A stretch of 63,680 nt of DNA, counting the filler, from Reticulomyxa filosa (lineage: Eukaryota; Protista; Foraminifera): assembly GCA_000512085.1 (NCBI GenBank). It is 22 parts of 22 records of this genome, joined end to end, with 100 filler letters (N's around TTAATTAATTAA, not from the genome) between each part and the next. Parts side by side here need not be neighbours in the genome. Positions count along the whole stretch, not along the records: positions 8,295 to 16,298 come from ASPP01021883.1; positions 16,399 to 18,366 come from ASPP01015976.1; positions 18,467 to 20,287 come from ASPP01018534.1; positions 20,388 to 21,387 come from ASPP01046388.1; positions 21,488 to 23,121 come from ASPP01026271.1; 17 more parts are not named here. One strand, given 5' to 3'. Below, one piece after another: positions 12,498-23,221 of the stretch. The notes under the pieces were generated by a model that saw only the letters and a list, made by a program, of their open reading frames with translations, was not told where the DNA came from and made no database searches. The first letter of the stretch is position 1. Each line of letters opens with the position of its first letter. The translations under genes were made by a program, and so were the position numbers.

Positions 12498-14210
12498 CGA
12501 TAAAAATAAATAAATAAAAAAGACCCTCGAATGTGATCTGCCTTTTCGTCTCCCGCAGCAGCAGCAGCGGCGGTTTTATCTTTTTGCGATTGCTTGAGTG
12601 ATTGACAATCGGGATCATCATCTTCACACGCATCTGAAACATCCAATTCATCATCATTGTCATTATCATCATCGTGGCCATGATCGCCATCATCATCTTT
12701 CTTTTTCTTTTCGTGGTTGTTGTCATCGTCGTCATTATTCTTGTCAGTGTCTTCATTGTGATGCTTATTTGAGCTTTTTCTAAATTTGGATGATGACTGG
12801 TGATGCTTATGTTTCGTCTTCTTGTCGTCCTCATTGAAATGAGTGCTATGCAAGTACAAATCATCTCCAATTCCCAAAGCATCCAAACAAATAACAAACG
12901 CCACATTCTTCAAAAAGATTTTGCCGCCTTCGGTTTGTTCCAACCACTGTCGCGTCCCTTCGAAATTGGAATATCCACCCGCGGTCAACAAGAACAGCAA
13001 ATGATATTCCTCCGATAATGGCGATTCTTGTGTCGCGGTCGGATTCAGCTCTCTGCTCAAATATTGATTCTTTTCATTCGGAGTGCTCCAGTGTTTGTTC
13101 AATGTTGCGAACCATTTCAACAATAACAACAACGCAGTCACGCCACTACCATTTTCATTGGCACCGACTGCCAATGACGGCACCACACCAAATGCATCGT
13201 GATTGCTGCAAATTACTATGTACTTCTTTGAGTCAATATTTATCGGCTTATCTATTGATTTATTACATAAAATTAAGTCAAGGTAACACCACCACATTCA
13301 TTATATTTCTATTAATCTTATTTACATATAATAATTATTATATATGTATAATCCTGGATATATCCGTTAACTGAAGATAAATTGATTTGCGGGTTTAATT
13401 ATTCCAAACAAATTCGTGTATTGAATATTCGAAATTATCTCTGTTGGCTCATCTCCAGTGACCAGCCATTGATCGTCCAAATGAAACACTCGATCGTAAC
13501 TTTGATGTGCCAATGACAAGTCCACGTTTTTTAACAGTCGTTCGACCACTTCATTGTCATTCAATGTAAAATACACCGCCACGTCCAACGCATGAGTCAA
13601 GAAATATTCTTCTATTGCTTTAAAATGCGTTGCAAATTCGGTTGATATATTTTTTGTATCAAAATGTGCTGGCAATACCACGAGCAATCCTTGTGCACGT
13701 CGTTTCTGTAGTCGAGTGCAAAAGGGAAAGGAGAGGGGGGGGGGAAGGGGGGGGGGGGAGGAGGGGAGGCAAAAGAAAAGGAAAACTTTTTTTGTTTGTT
13801 TTTAATGAACGCAAATAATAATATCATAAAAAGATGACGTTTTTTTTTTTAGTGCCATGATTGATTTTGGAAATTCATCGCATTTTCGCGATGGTTGAGA
13901 CTATTGGACTTTTTTTTTTTTTTTTTGACGCAACGTGAAGAGAATACAACGACTCAATGGCCAAATCTTGCATTCGAACAACTGCAATGTTTCTTCCGAG
14001 ATCATGATGGCCGATCAGAGGGGACATCAAATGCTCCACCTTTGTTTTTCGAGACCCGAATGGTTCTCTGTTGTTGTCAAATTGTATCAGTCGAAACGCT
14101 TCGAAGGACTGGGACTCCGCATCACTTCCAGAGCATAGGCGAATAAAATCACAACCGCTCAAAAGCAACAGACAGAATACCAGCACTTCTGTCACGCTTT
14201 GAAGATACAT
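11193..14210 (-). CDS. NCLN: Nicalin (inactive M28 peptidase-like ER membrane protein of the BOS complex), multi-exon
   Basis: Signal peptide; FRLIQFD...FGSR; IVICSNHDAFGVVPSLAVGANENGSGVTALL; LLFLLTAGGYSNFEGTRQWLE; VICLDALG; PVAMTLS; SSILD; VKPFAFDL followed by a C-terminal TM. Confidence 0.88.
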
Positions 14211-14630
14211 CTCTTTCGAATGTCCAAAGCAAAACAAAAAAATTTAGTGAACCTGCATGTTGGCACCAAACACTTCTCTTCAAGGCTTGTTTACTTTCAA
14301 AATTGAGCCTCAAGCAATATGAGGAAATAGTTCATTTTAAAAGTGGATATAACGATGAAACAAAAAATCTTTTTTAAGAAAAGGACAACGAAAATAAGTT
14401 ATCACAAAGCCCGGCGTGATTGATATGCTTCAACAAGAAATGAACATTTTTCTGATCATTTTTAATTGCAACAAATGTCAACACAAGAAAATACAGGGCT
14501 AACATTCAAATGTGAATGTATGTGTGACATATGAACATCACCAAAAAAAAAATAGCATTTTCTTTCAAATAAAAAACACAGCTTCAAAAAGTGCAAATTT
14601 TTTGTTTATTTTGGTCCCTCTTCCAGACCT

Positions 14631-14951
14631 TTAGTGTTTCTCTTCAAAGTTTTTCAAACCATGATGTCCAGGATAGTGAATTTGTCTTAAGATGACATAA
14701 AGACTTCCACAACAACCAAGTCCAACCAATGTCAAAACAGGTATTTCCAAGGCCCCTGAAACATGGAATGTTGGAACAAATTTCAAAAACCATTCTCCGT
14801 CACCAGCGTGTCTTCCATCGAGTGTACCTTTTTCCGTAAATTTATTTCCATGCGATGAAAATCGTCGCATCAGTAATTGTTTGTAATTGGCATTTATTAC
14901 TAATCTTCCGTTGTTCAGTGCTCGATTTGCAGCAATCAGTCTTTGAAACAT
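14631..14951 (-). CDS. Small (106 aa) probable mitochondrial single-pass membrane protein
   Basis: Arg-rich, acid-free presequence MFQRLIAANRAL...MRRFSS; one hydrophobic segment; intronless complete ORF. Confidence 0.6.
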   Translation of the reverse strand: MFQRLIAANRALNNGRLVINANYKQLLMRRFSSHGNKFTEKGTLDGRHAGDGEWFLKFVPTFHVSGALEIPVLTLVGLGCCGSLYVILRQIHYPGHHGLKNFEEKH

Positions 14952-16399
14952 TTTGCCTTTATTTTTGTCTTCTTGAATGTTTTTTCTTCAGATTAAACAA
15001 CAAAACAACTAAACTGTGGACGTGGAACAAATTGAATTAAGGACAAATAGATTATGGATATTACAAAAAGGAAAAGCGGCTTTTGATTAAAAATTCAACG
15101 GGACTGAAACACATTATATTGGTCTGCAGATCTTTTTTACTTGTGTGAAGCAATTTGAAATTTTTTTCTCCAAAACTGAGAGTAATTTATCCGTAATCGG
15201 TTCTTCCAAAGTATGTAAAACAGCACAATTTCTGATTCAATTTTAAAAGCTTTTTCACAAAATCGAACGCTATTCATCGACTTGTTTACGTTATTGTAGC
15301 AGAAATAAGTACAACTTAGCTAAAATATTGAAAAATTAAAGAAAATGCATACGTACGAGATCATATCCTGTGAAAAGTAATCATGATATACCTAGTCAAA
15401 CTTATCTTCAAGTAACGTCTTTCTTTTTTCTTCGCGGAGTAAAAGGAATTTCAATTGTTTGCTTTACTGTTTGCTCACTTAATTTGCTGCCCTTCATATA
15501 TCTTCTCGAACATATTTCTTAACTAAATGAGAAAATAACTTAAAATCCAAACACAATTGTTTTATGTATAAATTGAAAAAAATTGAGTTTCGAAATTGTG
15601 TGATACTTTGGTACATTGAAAAAAGTGTTATCAGCCAAGTGGTCCTGCGCTGATAAGTGTGAGATCGCAAAAATTGTGAAATACTTGTTGGCAAAAATAT
15701 ACCAACAATTTTTTGTAAAGGTTATTAGAAAAAGATTCCGTTTATTCTATATCGATTCAACATTATTTTTAAGAGGCATCCACTATTTATTTAATGGCAA
15801 CAGTTCCGTTTCTTTTTTCCTTGTGAAGAAGACGCAAAAAAGAAAAAATAAACAAACAAAAAAAGGAAAGCGAACCCGGCGCCGAACCAGCTTCGGATGA
15901 AAATACAGACCAGCCTACAAGTTTTCACAAAATAATTGATGAACGGTTTCTAATGTTAAAAAATGAATGGGGTGGTGGCGGGGGAGGGGGGCAAAATTCT
16001 ATATAGAGACTGAAGACACATCAACTAATGCTCCAAGCAGTTCAACAGAAAGTACGACTTCGACGAATGACGCGACAACAGTTAAAATCTGTAAAGAAAC
16101 CAGATTTTTTATACGTATTTTAAGAAATGGGGGGGGGGGGGGGAAGAGTTTGCATGCATTGGCAAAAGTGGTCATACAAACAGTAGGGAACACCTACAAG
16201 CACAACATCAATAAAATAAGACAAAATGAAGATAGTACATAGATTTTTTTTAAAAAAAAATTTTTTTTTTTTTTTTCCTCTCTCTCACAACAAAAGTTNN
16301 NNNNNNNNNNNNNNNNNNNNNNNNNNNNNNNNNNNNNNNNNNTTAATTAATTAANNNNNNNNNNNNNNNNNNNNNNNNNNNNNNNNNNNNNNNNNNNNG

Positions 16400-17017
16400 A
16401 TTGGCAGAGAGGAGATAAGAGTTCGGAACGAGGAATCGCCCTCGCGCCTCAATGTATCGGAGCGAGTCGCGCTCTTGGAGAAATTGGTTCCAGCGAACGA
16501 GGAAGCGGGACAGGAAGTGTTGATTGGAAGGTCATCCGGCGGACGCGTGGCGACTTTGTTTGCCATGCGGCGGCCGGTCAGAGCGGTCGTTTGTTTTGCT
16601 TACCCGTTCCGACATCCGAGTAGTGTGCTGGAGCCGCTTCGCTTCAGCCACCTGGCTCATATCACGGTGCCTACGCTGATCTTCCAGGGGACGCGGGATA
16701 CTTACGGAGCAATCGACATCACGGAGAACTACGCTCTTTCGCCGGCTGTAACCGTGAGATTTGTCGACACCGACCACGATTTTGATCTGTCACCGTCCGA
16801 GTGGGACGTGGTTGGCGAGAAGGTGATAAAATTCCTGGACAGCGTTCAGCAACAATTGCCGGTTAAGGGGGCGCGTTTCGACGAGGCCTTCTACCTGAGG
16901 ACTCATCCTGATGTGGCCGCGGCGATTGCCGCTGGGGAGTACACCTCTGGTGAACATCATTTCAAAATAAAGGGACGCAGGAAGGGTCGACGCTTCCGGC
17001 TTCTGGCCGACACTTGA
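16400..17017 (+). CDS. Alpha/beta hydrolase (KANL3/Tex30-like family) with C-terminal FDxxFYL..PDV repeat module; 5' truncated
   Basis: Nucleophile elbow GRSSGG, CFAYPFRHP, PTLIFQGTRD, His in DTDHDF; tail FDEAFYLRTHPDVAAAIAAGEYTSGEHHF. The frame is open back to the contig start. Confidence 0.8.
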   Translation: MGREEIRVRNEESPSRLNVSERVALLEKLVPANEEAGQEVLIGRSSGGRVATLFAMRRPVRAVVCFAYPFRHPSSVLEPLRFSHLAHITVPTLIFQGTRDTYGAIDITENYALSPAVTVRFVDTDHDFDLSPSEWDVVGEKVIKFLDSVQQQLPVKGARFDEAFYLRTHPDVAAAIAAGEYTSGEHHFKIKGRRKGRRFRLLADT

Positions 17018-17214
17018 GATTCTGGAGCTTGGGTGCGGCTGGCCGATTGGGGTCGCGGCCCAACCGGAGATCACCATGGCCGGCCGAAGCGGGGGTGGAA
17101 CAGCCACCAGCTCCGCCTGAGAGACTGCCCTGCTTCGCCCCCGGTGGAAACCGGGAAAGAGGCCAACCGCTACACGAAGCGCTGCAAAGCTCCCACCGAT
17201 CAGGGACCTCCCCG

Positions 17215-17261
17215 CTCCCACCAACCGATTGTGTAGTGTTTTCAATCGGTTGGTGAGGGAG
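17215..17261. terminator. Hairpin immediately 3' of the tRNA (probable terminator or processing stem between convergent transcripts)
   Basis: Perfect 13-bp inverted repeat CACCAACCGATTG (17219-17231) / CAATCGGTTGGTG (17243-17255) with an 11-nt loop; no clear U-tract. Confidence 0.55.
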
Positions 17262-17262
17262 T

Positions 17263-17339
17263 TGGTAGCTGGGGGCGGACTTGAACCGCCGACCCCGGCA
17301 TTATGAGTGCCGTGCTCTAACCAGCTGAGCTACCCAGCC
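17263..17339 (-). tRNA. tRNA-Met (CAT), elongator type
   Basis: GGCTGGGTAGCTCAGCTGGTTAGAGCACGGCACTCATAATGCCGGGGTCGGCGGTTCAAGTCCGCCCCCAGCTACCA forms a cloverleaf with CAT anticodon and CCA end. It lacks the initiator GGG/CCC anticodon stem and the Ile2-type C4/C5 acceptor pairs. Confidence 0.93.
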
Positions 17340-17350
17340 ATGGGTGGGCG

Positions 17351-17380
17351 CTTTTATGCGGCCGGGCCTCGATCTGTCAA
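17351..17380 (-). promoter_or_regulatory. Sigma70-type tRNA promoter
   Basis: TTGACA (17380-17375), 16-18 nt spacer, CATAAA/TAAAAG -10 element, then a GC-rich discriminator just upstream of the tRNA. Confidence 0.7.
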
Positions 17381-17391
17381 GAAAAGTGCAG

Positions 17392-17949
17392 CTAGGGCCT
17401 GGCGCTCCGGCTGCCTGCACTGATCGCGAACGCAGGTGGGACCGGAATACGTTCGAATCGGGTCAACCGGCCATTTTCGAACGTCGCTCGATAGCCGGTT
17501 CCCAAGGCGTATTGCTCCTCCGTTACCGGCGGAGCACCCCACAGCCGTCGCACCTGCTGAGATGATGCGCCAATGTCCACTTTATCAGACGGCACGGAAT
17601 GCGAGGTCGATGTGTCAGTCGCGAAGGTGGCGTCAATGAGAGCGCGATCCGTCCCGGGTACATGCTCCGTCCTCGCGACCACGGTGACCTGACCGTCACG
17701 AAAGCAAACCTTCTGCCTCACGTTGCCGGCCGGGTATATCCAGCATGTCTCCACACTCGGCCCCATAATGGCGTCGACCTGCTGGCGAGACATTCCAATC
17801 ACCACACTTTCGGCGTTTCGGTCGCCCTTGGGCTCCTCCGACAAGGGGACGAAGACGACCTCGGAATTTGGATCCACGGGCCGGACGCGGGGTGAACAGG
17901 CGGCCAGCGAGATGCCGATAACGGCAAGGATGTAGTGCTGCGGCCGCAT
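17392..17949 (-). CDS. Lipoprotein with two SmpA/OmlA(BamE)-like repeats
   Basis: Lipobox SLAAC; repeats VVIGMSRQQVDAIMGP and VDIGASSQQVRRLWGAP, each followed by a late 'F.+G.+' strand. Confidence 0.7.
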   Translation of the reverse strand: MRPQHYILAVIGISLAACSPRVRPVDPNSEVVFVPLSEEPKGDRNAESVVIGMSRQQVDAIMGPSVETCWIYPAGNVRQKVCFRDGQVTVVARTEHVPGTDRALIDATFATDTSTSHSVPSDKVDIGASSQQVRRLWGAPPVTEEQYALGTGYRATFENGRLTRFERIPVPPAFAISAGSRSARP

Positions 17950-17964
17950 CAGTTCTCGATGCTC

Positions 17965-18366
17965 CTACCTGAATTCCATCTGCTCGATTGCCGTAACAAG
18001 CTTCTGAATGTCCGCCGCGTAGAGGCCGGCCGAGCCCAGATTGTTCACCTCGATCACGTGCAGTTCCCGGTCCGGTCCCACACTGACGTCCAAAGCGTAG
18101 GCGCGTTGTGGCTGCCAGGGATGAGCGGCAAGCATCTTCGCAAACGCGACGACCTCCGGATCGCTGTGGCCCTCGTAAGTGACCCGCTCTCCGCGCTTGT
18201 AGAGCGAGTTGGTGACGACCTGACCGTCGACGATCCAGAAGCGGTGCTCCTCGGCGATCTCCCTCAACGGACCGATGACGATGTCTGTATCGGGCTGGAT
18301 CGAGGGTTCGACCTCCGGATCGTCCCACAGCGACCTCACCTGGCTGTGCCATTCCAGGAATTCATC
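17965..18366 (-). CDS. ATP-grasp domain protein (DUF4343/R2K-like), 5' truncated
   Basis: EHRFWIVDGQVVT...AYALDV...VIEVNNLGSAGLYAAD (E-x-N metal-binding motif). Confidence 0.75.
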   Translation of the reverse strand, partial: DEFLEWHSQVRSLWDDPEVEPSIQPDTDIVIGPLREIAEEHRFWIVDGQVVTNSLYKRGERVTYEGHSDPEVVAFAKMLAAHPWQPQRAYALDVSVGPDRELHVIEVNNLGSAGLYAADIQKLVTAIEQMEFR

Positions 18367-18616
18367 NNNNNNNNNNNNNNNNNNNNNNNNNNNNNNNNNN
18401 NNNNNNNNNNTTAATTAATTAANNNNNNNNNNNNNNNNNNNNNNNNNNNNNNNNNNNNNNNNNNNNACAAGCGAGTGTGTAGTTATCTGAAAGAGGTTGG
18501 ATTATTGGGATACTGTGTGGTGACACGCGATACGAAAGAGTCGTACGCGTTGTTGTTATCGTTTGGAGACGACTGTCACACACATTGTTAATGCAATACA
18601 AGAGCGTGTTGATACC

Positions 18617-18656
18617 AATGACATGAATGATATGAATGATATGAATGATATGAATG
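18617..18656 (+). repeat. 9-bp tandem repeat (GATATGAAT)n
   Basis: aatgacatgaatgatatgaatgatatgaatgatatgaatg. Confidence 0.8.
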
Positions 18657-19314
18657 GAAAGTGGATAAAAGAGAATAGCAAGTATCGGGGTACATTAAGA
18701 GGTAAAGACAAGGATTTGTTTGTGGTGCAATATCCGGCACGATCGATGTGATCCGCGTGAACACACGTGATTGTACATTGAAATGCGTATGCCACTTTTC
18801 TCTGCAGACGGCGGTAACAGCAGTCGCGAGAACAGCACGCATAACAATAGCGACAATGAAAAGAGCCAAGGCAACTGATGCGACGAAAGCAGGTTTTTGT
18901 ATATCGATAAAAAAAAGCACACTTTGGTACAGTACAATGAAGTGGCGATGCCATAGCAACTACTCGTACTTGGTCCTATGTCTTTGGAGACTATGGCACA
19001 CAACATGTGGAATGCATGCTCCAAGCGCTTGACTACCTTTTCATCAACTAATCGTGTTGCGGTTGTTCATGTCATTGGAGGACTCGATACCAAATGCACC
19101 CAACAATTGACGCGTTATCAAGTATCCATTCATCACTTGCTCCAAGACATCTCCATTGCATTGTCTTCTTCCTCCTCCTCTTTGCGACACTCACGTGACA
19201 ATGACGATGAACAAAAGCCTTTACAGTATCTCAAACAGCTATTTGAAAAAAACATCTGTTCGGAAGCATCGACGAAGAACACAAAAACTACATGGCTGCC
19301 AAAATCATCCGTCT

Positions 19315-20060
19315 CATGAAGAGCGTTCATCTCGACAAGGACAAAATACTCATGCACCAGTAGGACTTCATTCAACACGGCAATTTTGACATCTTTGTCG
19401 ACACCGGGCAGGGGACACCGTTGGCGAATACGCAATGCTCTATCACACTCCTCGCACCGCCACGCTCGTCGCTGTTGAGCCCTCGGTCGTATGGAGGCTC
19501 GAAGCGCACGGCCTCAATCACATTCGAGAGCAAATGGTACAATACAATGTCTCCAGATTCATCCAACGCACCAAATTTTTACAAAAAATACCACTCTTTG
19601 GTTACATATATATATGTATATGCATTATATATAAAAGGGATCGGTGGTGGCGGAAATCCAACGAAGAAACAATCGAGACTAAGCCTGACGATAGAACTGC
19701 ATAAATACAAAACAGACAAGTCGTGCGAGTCGATGGATGAGAGACTGATAATAAGCGCCCGTGCAAAGAAGAACAAGACGAAAGTGCTGCGGATCACGTA
19801 CGACGATTTCTGATTTTTGATGGCGTTGCAAGGATCTTTCGTCAACGGCATCGATGACGTGTCGGAAGCGCGCTTGCCATCGATGTTCGAAAACAAGGTC
19901 TCTTTTTCTTTGGACGACTTGTTTGTCATCCGCGTCGTCGGACGGGGGTCCTTTGAAAGGTGTCGCTCATCCAATACCCGCAAACCAAACAATACTTTTC
20001 TTTGAAACAAATATCCAAGCGCCAGATCCTTAGCACGCAACAAACCGAACACATTGTCAA
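19315..20060 (+). pseudogene. Degenerate cGMP-dependent protein kinase-like gene (cNMP-binding domain plus kinase start)
   Basis: GEYAMLYHTPRTATL phosphate-binding cassette, FLQKIPLF, kinase subdomain I LDDLFVIRVVGRGSFE. In-frame TAG (~19360), TGA (19811) and a frameshift near 19405. Confidence 0.7.
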
Positions 20061-20907
20061 TAAAAAGCGTGTCATAGTCTACTGGACCCTTTTTTGCGTG
20101 CAATTGTTTCGTTTCTATCTTTTATATTTATTTATTTATATATACATATACATATACATATATATATTTTTTTAGATTAAAAAAGATATGCGGTGCGTTT
20201 TCCACCTTGTTAAGACAGCGTAGTAGCTTTGATGAATCACAGTCACGCTTTTATGCTGCGTTGTGTCGGCCCTTCAATACATTCATTNNNNNNNNNNNNN
20301 NNNNNNNNNNNNNNNNNNNNNNNNNNNNNNNTTAATTAATTAANNNNNNNNNNNNNNNNNNNNNNNNNNNNNNNNNNNNNNNNNNNNTTCATCATTTTTT
20401 CTATTACAAAATAAAAAAGGATAAATACTGAACAAAGGTAGTCATGGGTTGCCCAAACACTAAATTTAGTGATGGCAGTGCTTTGACCGGAAGGTCCTAA
20501 AGGTCCCGTAGATGTTCCAGAGGTTGAACCATAGGCTGAAGTTAAATGAACAACCACCATTTTTCAGTATGTAGGCAAATAACACTACTCAAAGACAACA
20601 AGAAAGGCAAAAACAACACCAACAAACAACGCAAGTTTTTTGTTTTGTGCACGCCCTGGTTTTTTTTGTTTTGTGCTTTCTGGATGAAAGACGATAGCTG
20701 TTTGAGTGCAATTTATTTATTGATATTTTTTATGTAACTATTTTTTAAATAAGCATTTGTTGCAATGTTTTGGAGTGTGATTACGGTTGCTTAAGATGAT
20801 TGTCACAATTAGGTTGTAATTTATAGATAAGGAAAATGATATTATTAGCAATAATTTTTGCTTTATACAGACATTTGAAAGGAAAAGTTGAAGAAGAAAA
20901 GAAAGGA

Positions 20908-21387
20908 TCAATCAGTAAATCGTTTATTACCAAGCCATGACTTGGCTTTATGATAAGTGATGAAACCGGACACAGCCATGATGAAACAAACACAAAAGAT
21001 GCCTAAAAAGGTATAGCCTTCAGGTATGATATCCGTTTGAGTAATTTGAAAAGGGATCCAACAATTCATTCCCCATAAAGTTCCACAAAACATTAGAGGG
21101 ACAAAGACAGTGGTGAGAGTGCCTAATTTTTGAGCGATGACATTGAGATGACTACCATGTTTGGACATGTCTAAAGACACTTGAGCGACAAAGACACTTT
21201 GTAATTGTTCCAAGTTGCGCAAGCTGACTTCCAGAATGGATATCATTCGAAGTAGATGATCGTTGATATCCCTCCAATAAGGAGAAGGTACATCTTGTAA
21301 GAAAGTGCGCCATTTCAAATTGTTCAAATGATTTAACACCATGGATTTGGGCCATAATCGATGTCGATAAATGCCAAGCCAAGATCT
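20908..21387 (-). CDS. CorA/Mrs2/Alr1-family Mg2+ transporter, C-terminal part
   Basis: KLGTLTTVFVPLMFCGTLWGMN signature followed by a second TM helix; frame open to the contig edge. Confidence 0.88.
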   Translation of the reverse strand, partial: RSWLGIYRHRLWPKSMVLNHLNNLKWRTFLQDVPSPYWRDINDHLLRMISILEVSLRNLEQLQSVFVAQVSLDMSKHGSHLNVIAQKLGTLTTVFVPLMFCGTLWGMNCWIPFQITQTDIIPEGYTFLGIFCVCFIMAVSGFITYHKAKSWLGNKRFTD

Positions 21388-23221
21388 NNNNNNNNNNNNN
21401 NNNNNNNNNNNNNNNNNNNNNNNNNNNNNNNTTAATTAATTAANNNNNNNNNNNNNNNNNNNNNNNNNNNNNNNNNNNNNNNNNNNNTTTTTGTTTTAAT
21501 TTTATTCTATTTTTTCTTCTGAATTGGATTTTGTTAGAAAAGGAAAAAAAATTAAAGTAGAAAACAGAGCTATCCCATAATTGAATTGTTTTATCATGAA
21601 AAATGAATGTAATATAATAACTCCAATATTTTTGTCATGTGAATATGAAATAACTTTAGAGCCATATGATGAAAGTTGTGTCTTTTTCCAAAATGTGTAA
21701 TATTTTTTTTTGTTCATAACACAACAAAATGAACACAAATGTTCAATATAGACGTTTATTTGAAATCTCTTGTCATATAATTTAACAAATTTATGATGTT
21801 CATTTTTTAAAAAGAAAATAAATGATTTTTTGTAACAAAGATTTAATAGTTTTTCTGTAATGGTATTTTGTATTAACAACAAAAGATTCTTCAAAAAAAA
21901 TATAAAAAGTTACATGAGTATGTTGTATATGATAGAATTACTTTTCTTAAGTAATGTTTTGTTATTAATTAAACAATATTTATATCCATTGATTTATCTT
22001 GTTTGAATTCTACCATTGATCAATGGTTCTTTAAACCGTCTGATGATAACTGCATTCCATAGAATCTTTCAAAATTGTTCTTCAAATAATTGCAATTATT
22101 TTTATCATTTTCACAGGAGGAAATCTTGATTGTATTTTCTTTCTTCATATGTAGACATAATCAATTGTTATTCTTTTTTCATAAAAAAAAGTGTTACACT
22201 GATTATGATTGTTCTTCACAAATACATTGGATTGAATATTTCATCCTACATCATGAAGATATTCTTGTGTTTCAATGGCTTTTTGTCAAAGTCTTTGAAA
22301 TAGTTATTTTGAATACTTTACATTACTTGTGATTTTGCTTTATCATTTAAATTAACTTGACATGTTCTCATAACAAATATATTTAAAAATTAAAATACTT
22401 TGTTATTTTTAAATCTAGTTTGTTTGTTTTATTAACTGAATAAAAATATATCACGTTTATTGTATTGAATAATTTTTAAAAACAAATTCACATTCTTTGA
22501 ATTGTATATCTCTACTTATTTTTTTAAAGAATTATTGGATGGACAACATTAATTTGGATATCTTCAAAAAGTGTCATTCATGAAGAAAAATATAAAAATA
22601 AGAATTCATGTAATTGAATTTCATAGCATAACATAAAATATTTAAACTCTTTTTGATGTTATCATTTGCACATGAGATAATCTTGAATATGTATTTCTAA
22701 AAAATCACTCAGTTCTTTTTTTTCCTTTTCAGTTCTTAAATGGTGGAACAACCTCGTTTCATTATTAAGAACAGGAAATTACTCATCAAGTTTTTTTACT
22801 TTTAATCCTTTTTTTGCAATTGAAGTTTGAATTAAAAGTCCTAAAATTTTCCCCTTTTTGTAGGGAACAGTCAAGTAAGAAAACAAAATTATTTGAATAA
22901 TGAAAAATACGTTGTATTTATTTTTTACATGAAATTTACAATAAAATCTGTTTTTACTTTCATCTTTAACAATAAATGTTTTATCACTTCTTGTATATAA
23001 TTTCAGCATTTAGAATATACGATCTTTTTAATTTTTAAAAGTGAAAACAACTTTATAAAATATTTTTTTTTCAAATAATGTGATTTTTATTTCAAAAAAT
23101 TAGAGTTGGCCACAACAAAACNNNNNNNNNNNNNNNNNNNNNNNNNNNNNNNNNNNNNNNNNNNNTTAATTAATTAANNNNNNNNNNNNNNNNNNNNNNN
23201 NNNNNNNNNNNNNNNNNNNNN

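Larger units (their letters stand above)
16399..18366. other. Bacterial contig (GC-rich, gene-dense, intronless) inside a eukaryotic assembly
   Basis: Abrupt GC increase, bacterial tRNA with encoded CCA, TTGACA promoter, AGGAG RBS-like site and a lipobox. Confidence 0.95.

Noticed and set aside
17696-18352. Overlapping 218-aa and other alternative ORFs in the bacterial contig
   Set aside because: Shadow ORFs from high GC; the ATP-grasp and lipoprotein frames carry the motifs.
16399-18366. Horizontal gene transfer or genomic island in the host genome
   Set aside because: Bounded by artificial spacers on both sides, with no junction to host sequence.
20420-20560. Possible jacalin-like N-terminus (YGSTSGT..ITKFSVW)
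   Set aside because: Only about 45 aa before the contig end; insufficient evidence.
21488-23121. ORFs in an extremely AT-rich contig
   Set aside because: F/I/K/L-biased spurious ORFs; at most an unassignable decayed gene copy.
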